A DNA stretch of 32,435 nt from Chloroflexota bacterium (GCA_005879815.1 VBKA01000069.1:1-32435); one strand, 5' to 3'. Counted from the stretch's first letter, positions 9,401 to 17,599 are shown. Program-made: numbers and translations. The notes: a model not told the origin generated them from the letters alone.

Positions 9401-9767
9401 AGATGGCGACCTGCGCATAGCCATACTGCGTCCGGAGCGCGTCGATCGCCACGCGGCACACGGAGACCGGGTTCGGCCCGCTGGCTCCCTGCGCGAGACG
9501 GCCAAGGACGGCAAGCTCGTGGTCCCGCTGCGACGGATCGTGGCTCGCGACGGCCCCCTCGGTGAGGGCACCCTCGGCGAGCAGGCGCTCAACGTCTCCA
9601 CGTCGGAAGCGCCGGTCGCCGCGCGCGTTGATTCGATACGCGGGAAGACGGCCTGAGTCGGTCCAGGTGCGGACCGTGTTGGGGTGGACGCCGAGCAGCG
9701 CCGCCGCCTGGGCGACGCTGATGAGTGCCTGATCGTCCCCGTCACGGGTCCGCGCGTGAATCGGCAC
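6443..9767 (-). pseudogene. HTH(excisionase/BldC-like)-4xGAF-GGDEF-degenerate HD-GYP protein, frameshifted at 7627/7628
   Basis: Frame A (9767-7629) gives the HTH (ISVAQAAALLGVHPNTVRTWTDSGRLPAYR..RGDRRFRRGDV) and four GAF repeats. After one extra base, frame B (7627-6443) continues AEAHQAVSIRAETDALTGLGNH...MMDLDRFKDYNDRLGHPAGD...RTGDRVYRYGGDEL, then HADRV...AARLHEV. The ORF track reports these as two overlapping ORFs. Confidence 0.88.
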
Positions 9768-9867
9768 GTCTTCGGCCCCCTGGCCGTTCGATCGGTCCTT
9801 TCGACCCCGAAATGGAGCTTCTGTGAGGAACCGTGCAACGGATGGTAGAAGTGGGAACAGGCGAGCT

Positions 9868-9899
9868 CGATGGTCCCTTGGTACCGATGGCCCCCGTAC
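9868..9899. promoter_or_regulatory. Imperfect tandem direct repeat upstream of the HTH-GAF-GGDEF gene promoter
   Basis: CGATGGTCCCTTGGTAC (9868-9884) is followed by CGATGGCCCCCGTAC (9885-9899). A minus-strand -10 TACCAT lies at 9842-9847. Confidence 0.4.
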
Positions 9900-9914
9900 C
9901 CGGATTTCCTGCGC

Positions 9915-10670
9915 TCAGCCGGCGGCGAGAACGCTCGCCAGGCTGGCCACGACGCCCCCGACCAGGAGCAGACCGCCGACGGCGAGGACGGCGATCGCCA
10001 CGGCAAGCTGCCGACGATGCGGCCCTCCCAGCAGCCGCATGGCCGCGTCGAGCTCGAGTGCGGAGATGACGAAGCCGCCGGCGGGAGGCTCGAGGCGTGC
10101 GGCGCCCCCGCCAGCCACCCGAACCTGGGCGAGGACGAGGAGACGGTCCACCTCCGCGATCGTGCGGGTCACCGCGCGCGCGGCGACGGGTGGTCCCTCT
10201 TCGGCCCCGACCCGCGCGAGGCCCGACGCCAGCTCACCACCAAGCTCGTCGGGTCGACCCTCCCAGACTAGGGGAATCGTGACGAGTGGCTCGGCGGCCA
10301 GCGCTGGATCGACCACCATCGATCCGGCATGGTCCCAGAGCTCGAATGAGCGCGTTTCCCGAAGCCGCTCGATGGTGCGCCATGCGCCCTTTGGCGACCT
10401 GACATCGACGTCGCGGTGATAGGCCACCAGGCGCTCGCCATCGGGTGCGACGAGGGGGTCCGGGCAACGAATGCGGCCCGTGACGCGGAGGGGCCGAGAC
10501 GGCGCCTGGGTCAGGCCTGCCGCGTCGCCCACCGTGATCTCTCTCGCACCCGCGAGTCGCCTGCCGAGCCCCATCTGTGCGCCGATCGCACGCAACCACA
10601 GCGCGCCTGAGGCGAGGAGGACCGCTCCCAGCAGCGCGCAGCCGAAGAGGATGACGGGCAGCGGGGGCAT
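9915..10670 (-). CDS. Membrane protein with GIDE-like domain between N- and C-terminal TM helices
   Basis: TM helix, then RVTGRIRCPDPLVAP...WRTIE...SFELWDHAGSMVVDP, then a second TM helix; this resembles bacterial GIDE-domain proteins. The start was re-called at ATG 10670, with a -10 TAGACT 8 nt upstream. Confidence 0.6.
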   Translation of the reverse strand: MPPLPVILFGCALLGAVLLASGALWLRAIGAQMGLGRRLAGAREITVGDAAGLTQAPSRPLRVTGRIRCPDPLVAPDGERLVAYHRDVDVRSPKGAWRTIERLRETRSFELWDHAGSMVVDPALAAEPLVTIPLVWEGRPDELGGELASGLARVGAEEGPPVAARAVTRTIAEVDRLLVLAQVRVAGGGAARLEPPAGGFVISALELDAAMRLLGGPHRRQLAVAIAVLAVGGLLLVGGVVASLASVLAAG

Positions 10671-10726
10671 CGCGGGTGAGTCTATCCCGGTAATCCGGCG
10701 GTAAGCAGGCCCCGATATCGTGGCAT

Positions 10727-10836
10727 CTGCGAGCACGGACCGCCGGTCCGGTCGCCGCGGCAGGGAGGTTCCCGACGCCAACGAGAGTTCCGTCATCGGT
10801 CGCAGTCAATACGCATCCGAACGGAGGTCTCCGATG
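10727..10836 (+). ncRNA. Candidate structured cis-regulatory 5' leader (riboswitch-like, unassigned)
   Basis: A -10 TATCGT lies at 10716-10721. The leader has a closing stem CTGCGA/TCGCAG, internal hairpins, and a mutually exclusive anti-SD hairpin AGAGTTCCGT/ACGGAGGTCT. Confidence 0.45.
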
Positions 10837-11892
10837 TCCGTCAGGCATCGATCAATCCGGGGCGGCCGCGCACGCCTTCGCTCCGCCGTGCCGATTCTCA
10901 TCATCATCACCGTCGCCTCCCTGAGTGGCGCGCAGATCGCGAGCGCCGATCCGCCACCCACTGCCACCGTCAAGACCGCCGACCAGGCACGTGCCTCGGG
11001 GTCTGCCGTCGGGGTCGTCCGCCATGTCGAGCAGGGCGGCGAGCTCCTCGAGCTCCAGCTGCCCGCCACCAGGATCGATTCGTCGGCGCTGCCCGCGTCC
11101 GAGCGGGCGCGTCGCGCCTATGGGCGCTTCCTGGATAGCGCCCCCACTGGAGCGCTCGTGGTCGCGGACGGCGTGGGCGACCCGGAGGGCGGCCTGGTTA
11201 TCGGCTTTCCCGACGGCTCGCAGGTGCACACCGGCCTGGCCGGCGTGGCCGGCGCTGCATTCGCGCCCGACGGCTCGTGGCTGGCGGCGGTCGACGCTTC
11301 CGGTCGGCTGTGGCGCATCGAGGCGAGGACAGGAGTTGCCTCATCCCTTGCGGCCGGCCCGTACACGGGCTCGGTCCGCTTCACGCGCTCCGGCCAGCTG
11401 CTCCTGGTTGAGGCCGCTTCACTGGAGAAGCCGTTCGCATCGACGGTCGTCCGCCTGGCCCCGGACACGCGGCGTGCGGTCCTGGTTGACAGCGAGGACG
11501 GCTTCGTCTTCTCGGCCGCCGAGCTGGCGGACGCCTCGATTGCCGTGACGACGCACGTCTTCGGCGGGGGCGTTGAAGTGCACCGCGTGAAGGATGGGGC
11601 GTCGGGAAGGCTGGCCAGCCTCGACCCGAGCGCGATCGATGCCTCGCTGGCCGATGACGGAACGCGCATCGCCTACACGGTTGAAGGCGAGGTCTACCTG
11701 CATGACGTGCCCCACGGCACGGTGCAACGCATCGGGCCGGGCGAGCTCCCTCGCCTTGCGCGCGACGGAAGCTCGCTGCTGGTCCTGCGCGACGGGCAAA
11801 CCCTGCTGCTGGCTTCCGACGGCACCGAGCTCGACCGCTTCGGAACCGCCACAGTGGGCTGGGCGAACTGTGCGGGGAGGTGCCAGCCATGA
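10834..11892 (+). CDS. Secreted beta-propeller (TolB/WD40-like) protein
   Basis: GGAGG SD precedes ATG 10834. The signal peptide ends ...AQIASA. Blade-like repeats are AAFAPDGSWLA, VRFTRSGQLL, ASLADDGTRIAY and PRLARDGSSLL. Confidence 0.75.
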   Translation: MSVRHRSIRGGRARLRSAVPILIIITVASLSGAQIASADPPPTATVKTADQARASGSAVGVVRHVEQGGELLELQLPATRIDSSALPASERARRAYGRFLDSAPTGALVVADGVGDPEGGLVIGFPDGSQVHTGLAGVAGAAFAPDGSWLAAVDASGRLWRIEARTGVASSLAAGPYTGSVRFTRSGQLLLVEAASLEKPFASTVVRLAPDTRRAVLVDSEDGFVFSAAELADASIAVTTHVFGGGVEVHRVKDGASGRLASLDPSAIDASLADDGTRIAYTVEGEVYLHDVPHGTVQRIGPGELPRLARDGSSLLVLRDGQTLLLASDGTELDRFGTATVGWANCAGRCQP

Positions 11893-12887
11893 TTGGCCGC
11901 GTCTCCATCGGTCTGTCATTCGCCATGGCTGTCTCGCTGGCGAGCGCCAGCCGCGCGCTGGCCACCGACGACTACACCCTTCCCTTCTACGACCCCTCCA
12001 TCTCGCTCTCCTACGGTGTCGATCGTGATCCCAGGGTCTGCTACCAGCGCGACTGGGCGAATGTCCTGTGGACCGACTGCAACCTCCACTACGGCCGCGT
12101 CTATGACGGCCACACGGGCATGGACTACCCGATGCCGGTGCTCAGCCCCATCGCCGCCTCACGTGACGGAACAGTGATCGACCTGTTCGAGGGTTTCGGC
12201 ACCGAGCAGTTCGGCACCAACGGGAACTACGTGCTCGTTTCGCACGCCGATGGGCGACGGACGCTCTACTACCACCTGGGCCACGACGGCGCGCGCGTGT
12301 CGGTGGGCCAGACGGTGGCTGCAGGCCAGTGGATCGCGGATTCCGGCTGCAGCGGGCAGTGCTACGGGGCACACCTCCACTTCGAGATGCGCGCCGTGAT
12401 CAACGGACGCTGGACATCGGTGGATCCCATCTTCGAGAAGCGGTTCACCACGAATCCCGGGCGAGTTCCTTTCCTGGCCACGTACCTTCGCGAGTCGAAC
12501 AGCGGCACCGAGGTGATCAAGCGCTACACGACCGTCACGCATTGGGTGGAGTTCGTGAACGCCGGCGGTCGAACGTGGCGGAACAACATCGGGATTGGTC
12601 GAGTGCTGCTGGGCACTTGGAACCCTGCGACGCGCGACAGCAAGTTCAGCGCGCTTGACTGGCCGTCGAGCTGGGTTGCGACCAACGTCGACCAGAGCGC
12701 CGTGCCGCCCGGCGGCGTGGGTCGATTCACCTTCGGGTTGCACGCGGAGAGCCCGCCGGGAACCTATGACGAGCCATTCAACCTGCTGGCGAACAGCCTG
12801 CGCTGGTTCGACTGGCCTCGGCTCGGGTCGTTCCACGTGCCGATCCAGGTGATCCTCAATACCAGGTTTGGCGCGCCCCAGAAATGA
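11889..12887 (+). CDS. Secreted M23 family metallopeptidase with C-terminal Ig-like (NBR1-like) domain
   Basis: HxxxD (HTGMD), GNYVLVSH, TLYYHL and HxH (GAHLHFE). C-terminal VEFVNAGGRTW...VPPGGVGRFTF...PGTYDEPFNL. ATGA overlap with the upstream gene. Confidence 0.92.
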   Translation: MIGRVSIGLSFAMAVSLASASRALATDDYTLPFYDPSISLSYGVDRDPRVCYQRDWANVLWTDCNLHYGRVYDGHTGMDYPMPVLSPIAASRDGTVIDLFEGFGTEQFGTNGNYVLVSHADGRRTLYYHLGHDGARVSVGQTVAAGQWIADSGCSGQCYGAHLHFEMRAVINGRWTSVDPIFEKRFTTNPGRVPFLATYLRESNSGTEVIKRYTTVTHWVEFVNAGGRTWRNNIGIGRVLLGTWNPATRDSKFSALDWPSSWVATNVDQSAVPPGGVGRFTFGLHAESPPGTYDEPFNLLANSLRWFDWPRLGSFHVPIQVILNTRFGAPQK

Positions 12888-13327
12888 GGTTCATCGGCCG
12901 CGGCGCGGTGGTTCTGCTACTGGCCGCGGCCGCCTCCGGCTGCATGGCACGGGAAGAGGCCGGCACGTCGCCCGTCGCTGCGTCGAGCGTGGGCGGCGGC
13001 CTTTCTTCCCCGACCGCGGAGGGATCACCGCCTTCTGAGAGGCCGGCCGCCCCGTCCGGATTTCCGATCATGCCCGGCGCAAGAACTGCTCCGCTGCCCG
13101 ACGATGCCACGCTGATCGCCCGATGGAGCGTGCCGGTTGTCGGCAGCGCCGCCTATGACTTCTACACTCGCGCGCTGCCCAAGGCGGGCTTCGCCATCGT
13201 GGGAGCCTATCCGACGGAGCGCGCCGCTCTGATCCGGTTCCGCGATCGGACGGGGACGATCTGGCAGCTGCTGGCGGAGCTCGTCGGCGATCGGACCCAA
13301 GTCACGATCCAGACGGATCGGCCCTAG
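12884..13327 (+). CDS. Hypothetical lipoprotein
   Basis: Signal sequence LLLAAAASGC, an S/P-rich linker, and FPIMPGA...YDFYTRALPKAGF. ATGA overlap with the M23 gene. Confidence 0.75.
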   Translation: MRFIGRGAVVLLLAAAASGCMAREEAGTSPVAASSVGGGLSSPTAEGSPPSERPAAPSGFPIMPGARTAPLPDDATLIARWSVPVVGSAAYDFYTRALPKAGFAIVGAYPTERAALIRFRDRTGTIWQLLAELVGDRTQVTIQTDRP

Positions 13328-13817
13328 CGATGGCCACCACCCGGGCTCGCGCGGCGCGCGCGAGATCGTCGGGAGCGACCGCAAAGACGGCGTCCGGGAG
13401 CCCTGCGGCAGCCCACACGACCTCGTGACGCAAAAGGCCCTCGTCGATCAGGACCGGTAGCGCTCGCGCGTGGCCGATCGGCGGGATCCCGCCGATCGCA
13501 AAGCCCGTCGCGTCGCGCGCCTCGTCTGCCGTGGCGCGCCGAATCGGCGAGCTCGGGCTGGATTCGGCGATGCCCAGCACCGCCGACAGCAGGTCAAGGT
13601 CGGCGCGGTCGGCTCCGGAGACCAACACCAGGATCGGCTGCTCATCAGCGACGAATACGAGCGACTTCACGATCTGTCCCACGCTGCAGCCCACCGCTCG
13701 TGCCGCATCGGCGGCTGTTCGCGTGCCCTCTGGGAAGCGCCCGATCTCGATACGCAGGCCCTGCTCCTTCGCTGCATCGAGCACCCTCTGTACGCTCGGA
13801 TGGCCGGCATCGGTCAT
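13302..13817 (-). CDS. YbaK/EbsC-family aminoacyl-tRNA deacylase (trans-editing)
   Basis: TRTAADAARAVGC, QIVKSLVF, ATGFAIGGIPPIGH and VWAAAG. Confidence 0.92.
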   Translation of the reverse strand: MTDAGHPSVQRVLDAAKEQGLRIEIGRFPEGTRTAADAARAVGCSVGQIVKSLVFVADEQPILVLVSGADRADLDLLSAVLGIAESSPSSPIRRATADEARDATGFAIGGIPPIGHARALPVLIDEGLLRHEVVWAAAGLPDAVFAVAPDDLARAARARVVAIARADPSGS

Positions 13818-13836
13818 CGCTCGATCATCCCACGCG

Positions 13837-13845
13837 TGCTAGGCT
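13837..13845 (+). promoter_or_regulatory. Extended -10 promoter (TGcTAGGCT) for the TPP-riboswitch operon
   Basis: TGn + TAGGCT, about 20 nt upstream of the aptamer P1. Confidence 0.55.
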
Positions 13846-13864
13846 GGCCGGCACAGCTCAAGAG

Positions 13865-13948
13865 CGACAGGGGAGCGCGAGAGCGCTGAGAGTGCGGGCG
13901 ACCGCAGACCCTCCAACCTGATCTGGGTCATGCCAGCGAAGGGAGTCG
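13865..13948 (+). ncRNA. TPP riboswitch (THI element)
   Basis: AGGGGAGC...GCTGAGAG...GACCCT..AACCTGATCTGGGTCATGCCAGCGAAGGGA matches the canonical THI-box. P1 is CGAC/GTCG. It precedes thiamine salvage and transport genes. Confidence 0.97.
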
Positions 13949-14054
13949 GTGACCACCTTCGCGGCGCACTCATGTGAGTGCGCCGTTCGTCGTTCTCATG
14001 AGCCGATGGGGCGCCGGACGCGGTGCCTCGGCGCCGGAAGGGAGCGACGCGAGC

Positions 14055-14711
14055 GTGCTGGCTGTGGTCGTAGCCGATGGCGAGCCTGCGTCCGAGGACG
14101 CAGGCGTGGCACGGCGTGCGGACCTCCTCGTCGCGGCCGATGGCGGCGCTCGATGGCTGGCTGCGCAGGGCCTGCGGCCCAATCTCGTGGTGGGCGACCT
14201 CGACTCGCTCGATCGCCGCGAGATAGAAAGGCTGCAGGAGTCTGGGGCGCGAGTCGTCCCTCAGCCAGCCGAGAAGGATGCGTCGGACACGGAGCTCGCG
14301 GTGGAGGCGGCCATCACGGCGGGCGCCGATCGGATCGTGCTGGTTGGCGCCTTCGGCGGCAGCCGGGTCGACCATGAGCTGGCGAACCTGATGCTCCTGG
14401 TGGAGCCGGGCTTCTCCCAGGTCGACCTCCGACTGCAGCGCAGCTCGACGCTCGTGCGTGGCATCAGCGGCAATCGCAGCCTTGTGATCGAGGCCGAAGT
14501 GGGGGAGACGGTGACGCTGCTCCCGCTCGGGAGCGACGCGATCGGAGTCTCCACCCGGGGTCTGCGGTATGCACTCGACCAGGAGACCCTCCTGATGGGT
14601 CGCTCGCGCGGCCTCTCGAACGTGGTTATCGGGCAGCCGGCATCGGTATCGATCCGGGCCGGCTCGCTCCTCGTCATCGAAATCGGCAAAAGCATGGAAG
14701 GTGAGTCATGA
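14055..14711 (+). CDS. thiN: Thiamine diphosphokinase
   Basis: VAADGGA, VVGDLDS, EKDASDTELA, GGSRVDHELAN, GLRYAL and RGLSN. The start was re-called at GTG 14055 behind GGGAG. Confidence 0.95.
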   Translation: MLAVVVADGEPASEDAGVARRADLLVAADGGARWLAAQGLRPNLVVGDLDSLDRREIERLQESGARVVPQPAEKDASDTELAVEAAITAGADRIVLVGAFGGSRVDHELANLMLLVEPGFSQVDLRLQRSSTLVRGISGNRSLVIEAEVGETVTLLPLGSDAIGVSTRGLRYALDQETLLMGRSRGLSNVVIGQPASVSIRAGSLLVIEIGKSMEGES

Positions 14712-15292
14712 CAGAGATGGGCCAGCCAGCTGGCTGGCGAACGGTTGACATCGTGGTGGCCGCGGTCATCGCGGTGGCCTTCGGTGTGGTCTTCTGGGCC
14801 TGGAACGTGGTGACGCTGCCCCTCTTCTCGGGGCAGGTCAACCCGTTCGCCTACCTTGTTTCGGGAGTCTGGCTGGTGCCCGGGGTGCTCGCCATGCTCG
14901 TGATCCGCAAGCCGGGCACTGCGCTCTTCGCGGAAGTCCTGGCAGCCATCGTATCGGCGCTGCTTGGCTCGCAGTGGGGCCTGGACACGATTCTCTCTGG
15001 CGCCGTGCAGGGAGCGGGGGCCGAGCTCGTCTTTGCAGTCCTGTTGTATCGGGCCTTCGGGTTGCCGATGGCCGTGCTTGCAGCTGGCGGAGCGGCTCTG
15101 GGCGAATGGCTGCACGACATGCCCGTGTACTACGCCAAGACCGCATTTGGGGTGCAGCTGGGTTATGGCTTCTTCATGCTGATCAGCGCCGTGCTGATCG
15201 CCGGGCTCGGCTCCTGGCTGCTAGTGCGCGCGCTCGCGCAGACCGGCGTCCTGGCGCCCTTCCCGTCCGGGCAGTCGCAGCGACCCATCTGA
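14708..15292 (+). CDS. ykoE: ECF transporter S component, YkoE family (thiamine/HMP)
   Basis: WRTVDIVVAAVIAVAFGVVFWAW, IRKPGTALFAE and QGAGAELVFA. Six TM-like segments. Lies in the TPP-regulated operon. Confidence 0.92.
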   Translation: MTEMGQPAGWRTVDIVVAAVIAVAFGVVFWAWNVVTLPLFSGQVNPFAYLVSGVWLVPGVLAMLVIRKPGTALFAEVLAAIVSALLGSQWGLDTILSGAVQGAGAELVFAVLLYRAFGLPMAVLAAGGAALGEWLHDMPVYYAKTAFGVQLGYGFFMLISAVLIAGLGSWLLVRALAQTGVLAPFPSGQSQRPI

Positions 15293-15308
15293 CGCTACCC
15301 TCAGCCGC

Positions 15309-16802
15309 GTGACACCCGCCGCGGCCGCTGCCCCGCGCCCCGCTGGAATCGAGGCGCGCGGCTGGGGCTGGCGGCACGCCGGACGCAGCGGGTGGGCCTT
15401 GCGCGGCATCGACCTGCGCGTCGACCCGGGCGAGCGAATCCTGCTCCTCGGCCCATCCGGTGCCGGCAAGTCCACGCTGCTGCTGGGGCTGGCCGGGCTG
15501 CTGACGGCCACCGGCGGCGCCGAGTCACAGGGGAGCCTCGTGCTTGACGGTCGTCCCCCGGCGGATGCACGCGAGCGGGTGGCGATCGTCTTCCAGGATC
15601 CGGACACGCAGCTGGTGATGGGGCGCGCGGGAGACGACATCGCCTTCGGGCTCGAGAACCGCTGCGTTCCGACCGAGGCCATCTGGCCGCGCGTCGACGC
15701 GGCGCTGGACGCGGTGGGCTTCCCCTACGGACGCGATCGGCCGACGACCCAGCTCTCGGGTGGCGAGCAGCAGTGCCTGGCGATCGCCGGGATGCTGGCC
15801 CTACGACCGGGGCTCATCCTGCTCGACGAGCCGACGGCCAACCTGGATCCCGACGGATCCGCCCTCGTCATCGACCTGCTGCGCCGGATCGTCGATCGCA
15901 ACGCGCCGACGATCGTGCTCGTCGAGCATCGCCTCGACGAGATCCTTCCGCTCGTCACCAGGGTGGTGGCGTTGAGCGCGAACGGCGAGCTGATGGCGGA
16001 CGGCGACCCGAACTGGGTCTTCAGCCGGTACGCGGGGCAGCTCGAGGCTTCGGGCGTCTGGCTGCCGGGCCATCGCGCGTCGTCCACTCTCAGCCGCCCG
16101 CGGCCCCCGACCAACACCATGGTCTTCGGCGAGCGGGTTGGCTTCACCTACCCGAGCGCGAGGCTCCCGGCGCTCGCCTCGGTGGAGGTGCAGGTGCGTT
16201 CCAGCGAGGCGCTGGCGGTCGTCGGTCCCAACGGCGCCGGCAAGTCGACGCTTGCCCTGATGCTCGCGGGGCTCCTGCGACCGACCAATGGCGACGTCCT
16301 CTCCGGGGAAGCGCTCGCCGCGGGACGCGGTCACGAACCGATCTGGCGCTGGCGCGCGCGCGATCTTGCCGGACGAATCGGGATGGTCTTCCAGGAGCCT
16401 GAGCACCAGTTCGTGACCGCGCGAGTGCGCGATGAGCTGGCGCTGGGACCGAAGGTCCTCGGGCTGCCCGACCTCGAGATCCGGCGCAGGGTGACCGAGC
16501 TCCTGGAGCGGCTTCGCCTGACACACCTAGCTTCGGCGAATCCGTTCACCCTCTCAGGCGGCGAGAAGCGGCGGCTTTCGGTGGCGACCGCCCTGGCAGC
16601 GGCGCCATCGGTCCTTATCCTCGACGAGCCCACCTTCGGGCAGGATGCGCGTACCTGGGGCGAGCTGCTTTCGCTCCTCGCGGCCCTACGCGACGCGGGA
16701 CGCGCCATCTGCTTCGTGACTCATGATCGCGACTTCGCGAGGGCGCTCTCCGATCGCACGCTTCACCTTCACGTGCCACAGGGCGAGCTGGTGCCGAGGT
16801 GA
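15309..16802 (+). CDS. ykoD: ECF transporter duplicated ATPase (YkoD-like)
   Basis: Two ABC cassettes: GPSGAGKS/LSGGE/LLDEPTANLD and GPNGAGKS/LSGGEKRRL/ILDEPTFGQD. Confidence 0.93.
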   Translation: MTPAAAAAPRPAGIEARGWGWRHAGRSGWALRGIDLRVDPGERILLLGPSGAGKSTLLLGLAGLLTATGGAESQGSLVLDGRPPADARERVAIVFQDPDTQLVMGRAGDDIAFGLENRCVPTEAIWPRVDAALDAVGFPYGRDRPTTQLSGGEQQCLAIAGMLALRPGLILLDEPTANLDPDGSALVIDLLRRIVDRNAPTIVLVEHRLDEILPLVTRVVALSANGELMADGDPNWVFSRYAGQLEASGVWLPGHRASSTLSRPRPPTNTMVFGERVGFTYPSARLPALASVEVQVRSSEALAVVGPNGAGKSTLALMLAGLLRPTNGDVLSGEALAAGRGHEPIWRWRARDLAGRIGMVFQEPEHQFVTARVRDELALGPKVLGLPDLEIRRRVTELLERLRLTHLASANPFTLSGGEKRRLSVATALAAAPSVLILDEPTFGQDARTWGELLSLLAALRDAGRAICFVTHDRDFARALSDRTLHLHVPQGELVPR

Positions 16803-17599
16803 GGATCGAGATCGCGCTGTTCGGCGACCCGCGCGCGCCGTTGGCTCGCCGACACCCACTCGCCAAGCTGGGGGCCGCCGCGCTGCTGATGCTGGCGCTC
16901 TTCGTCGCCGTCGACATCGTCACACCAGTGATCCTGCTTGCCGCGCTGGTCGCCGCATTGCCGCTGAGCGGCCTGAGGCCGATCACTCTCTTGCGACGCG
17001 CCTGGCCCCTTCTCGTGGCGGGCCTGGCGATCGCGATCTTGAACACGGTCTTCGCGCCGCATCAGGCCGGCGCAGCCGTGCGAATCGGGCCCCTCCTGCT
17101 TGGCCTCACCACGATCGTCGAGGGTGCGGCCGTGGGCCTGCGCATCGTGGGGATCGCCCTCGCCGGCGTGCTGGCGCTGGCGACCATCGAGCCCACGGAT
17201 CTGGCCGATGCGCTGGTGCAGCACCTGCACGCCCCGCCGCGCTTCGCGCTGGCCGCACTGGCCGCGGTCCGCATGCTACCGGTTCTGGCCGATGAGTGGC
17301 GGTTCATCGGCCTGGCGCGCCGAGCACGGGGCATCGAGGCCGGGCTCAACCCGGTGATTGGCCTGCGCCTGGCGGCCGGCCGGCTCTTCGCGCTGCTCGT
17401 GGCCGCCATCAGGCGCGGAACCCGCCTGGCCCTGGCCATGGACGCTCGGGGATTTGGCGAACGCCCGTGTCGAACGGTCGCCCGTCCCCGGTCGGTGAAC
17501 CGCGCCGACTGGCTCCTGGTCGGGGGAGCGCTGCTGGTCGGCGTGACCGCGACGGCCGTCAGCCTGGCGCTCGGCAGCTATCGACTCCTGTTCGGATGA
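16799..17599 (+). CDS. ykoC: ECF transporter T component (YkoC/EcfT)
   Basis: HPLAKL and the two Arg motifs ARRARG and AMDARGF. GTGA overlap with the ATPase gene. Confidence 0.92.
   Translation: MRIEIALFGDPRAPLARRHPLAKLGAAALLMLALFVAVDIVTPVILLAALVAALPLSGLRPITLLRRAWPLLVAGLAIAILNTVFAPHQAGAAVRIGPLLLGLTTIVEGAAVGLRIVGIALAGVLALATIEPTDLADALVQHLHAPPRFALAALAAVRMLPVLADEWRFIGLARRARGIEAGLNPVIGLRLAAGRLFALLVAAIRRGTRLALAMDARGFGERPCRTVARPRSVNRADWLLVGGALLVGVTATAVSLALGSYRLLFG

Noticed and set aside
9560-9767. Excisionase indicating a prophage or integrative element
   Set aside because: The HTH is fused in frame to GAF domains. I saw no integrase, att-like repeats or phage genes.
10759-10800. Firm call as a c-di-GMP-I or c-di-AMP (ydaO) riboswitch
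   Set aside because: Only a partial GGCA...GACGC.AA resemblance is present. The tetraloop/receptor and the ydaO conserved blocks are not visible, so it is kept as an unassigned candidate.
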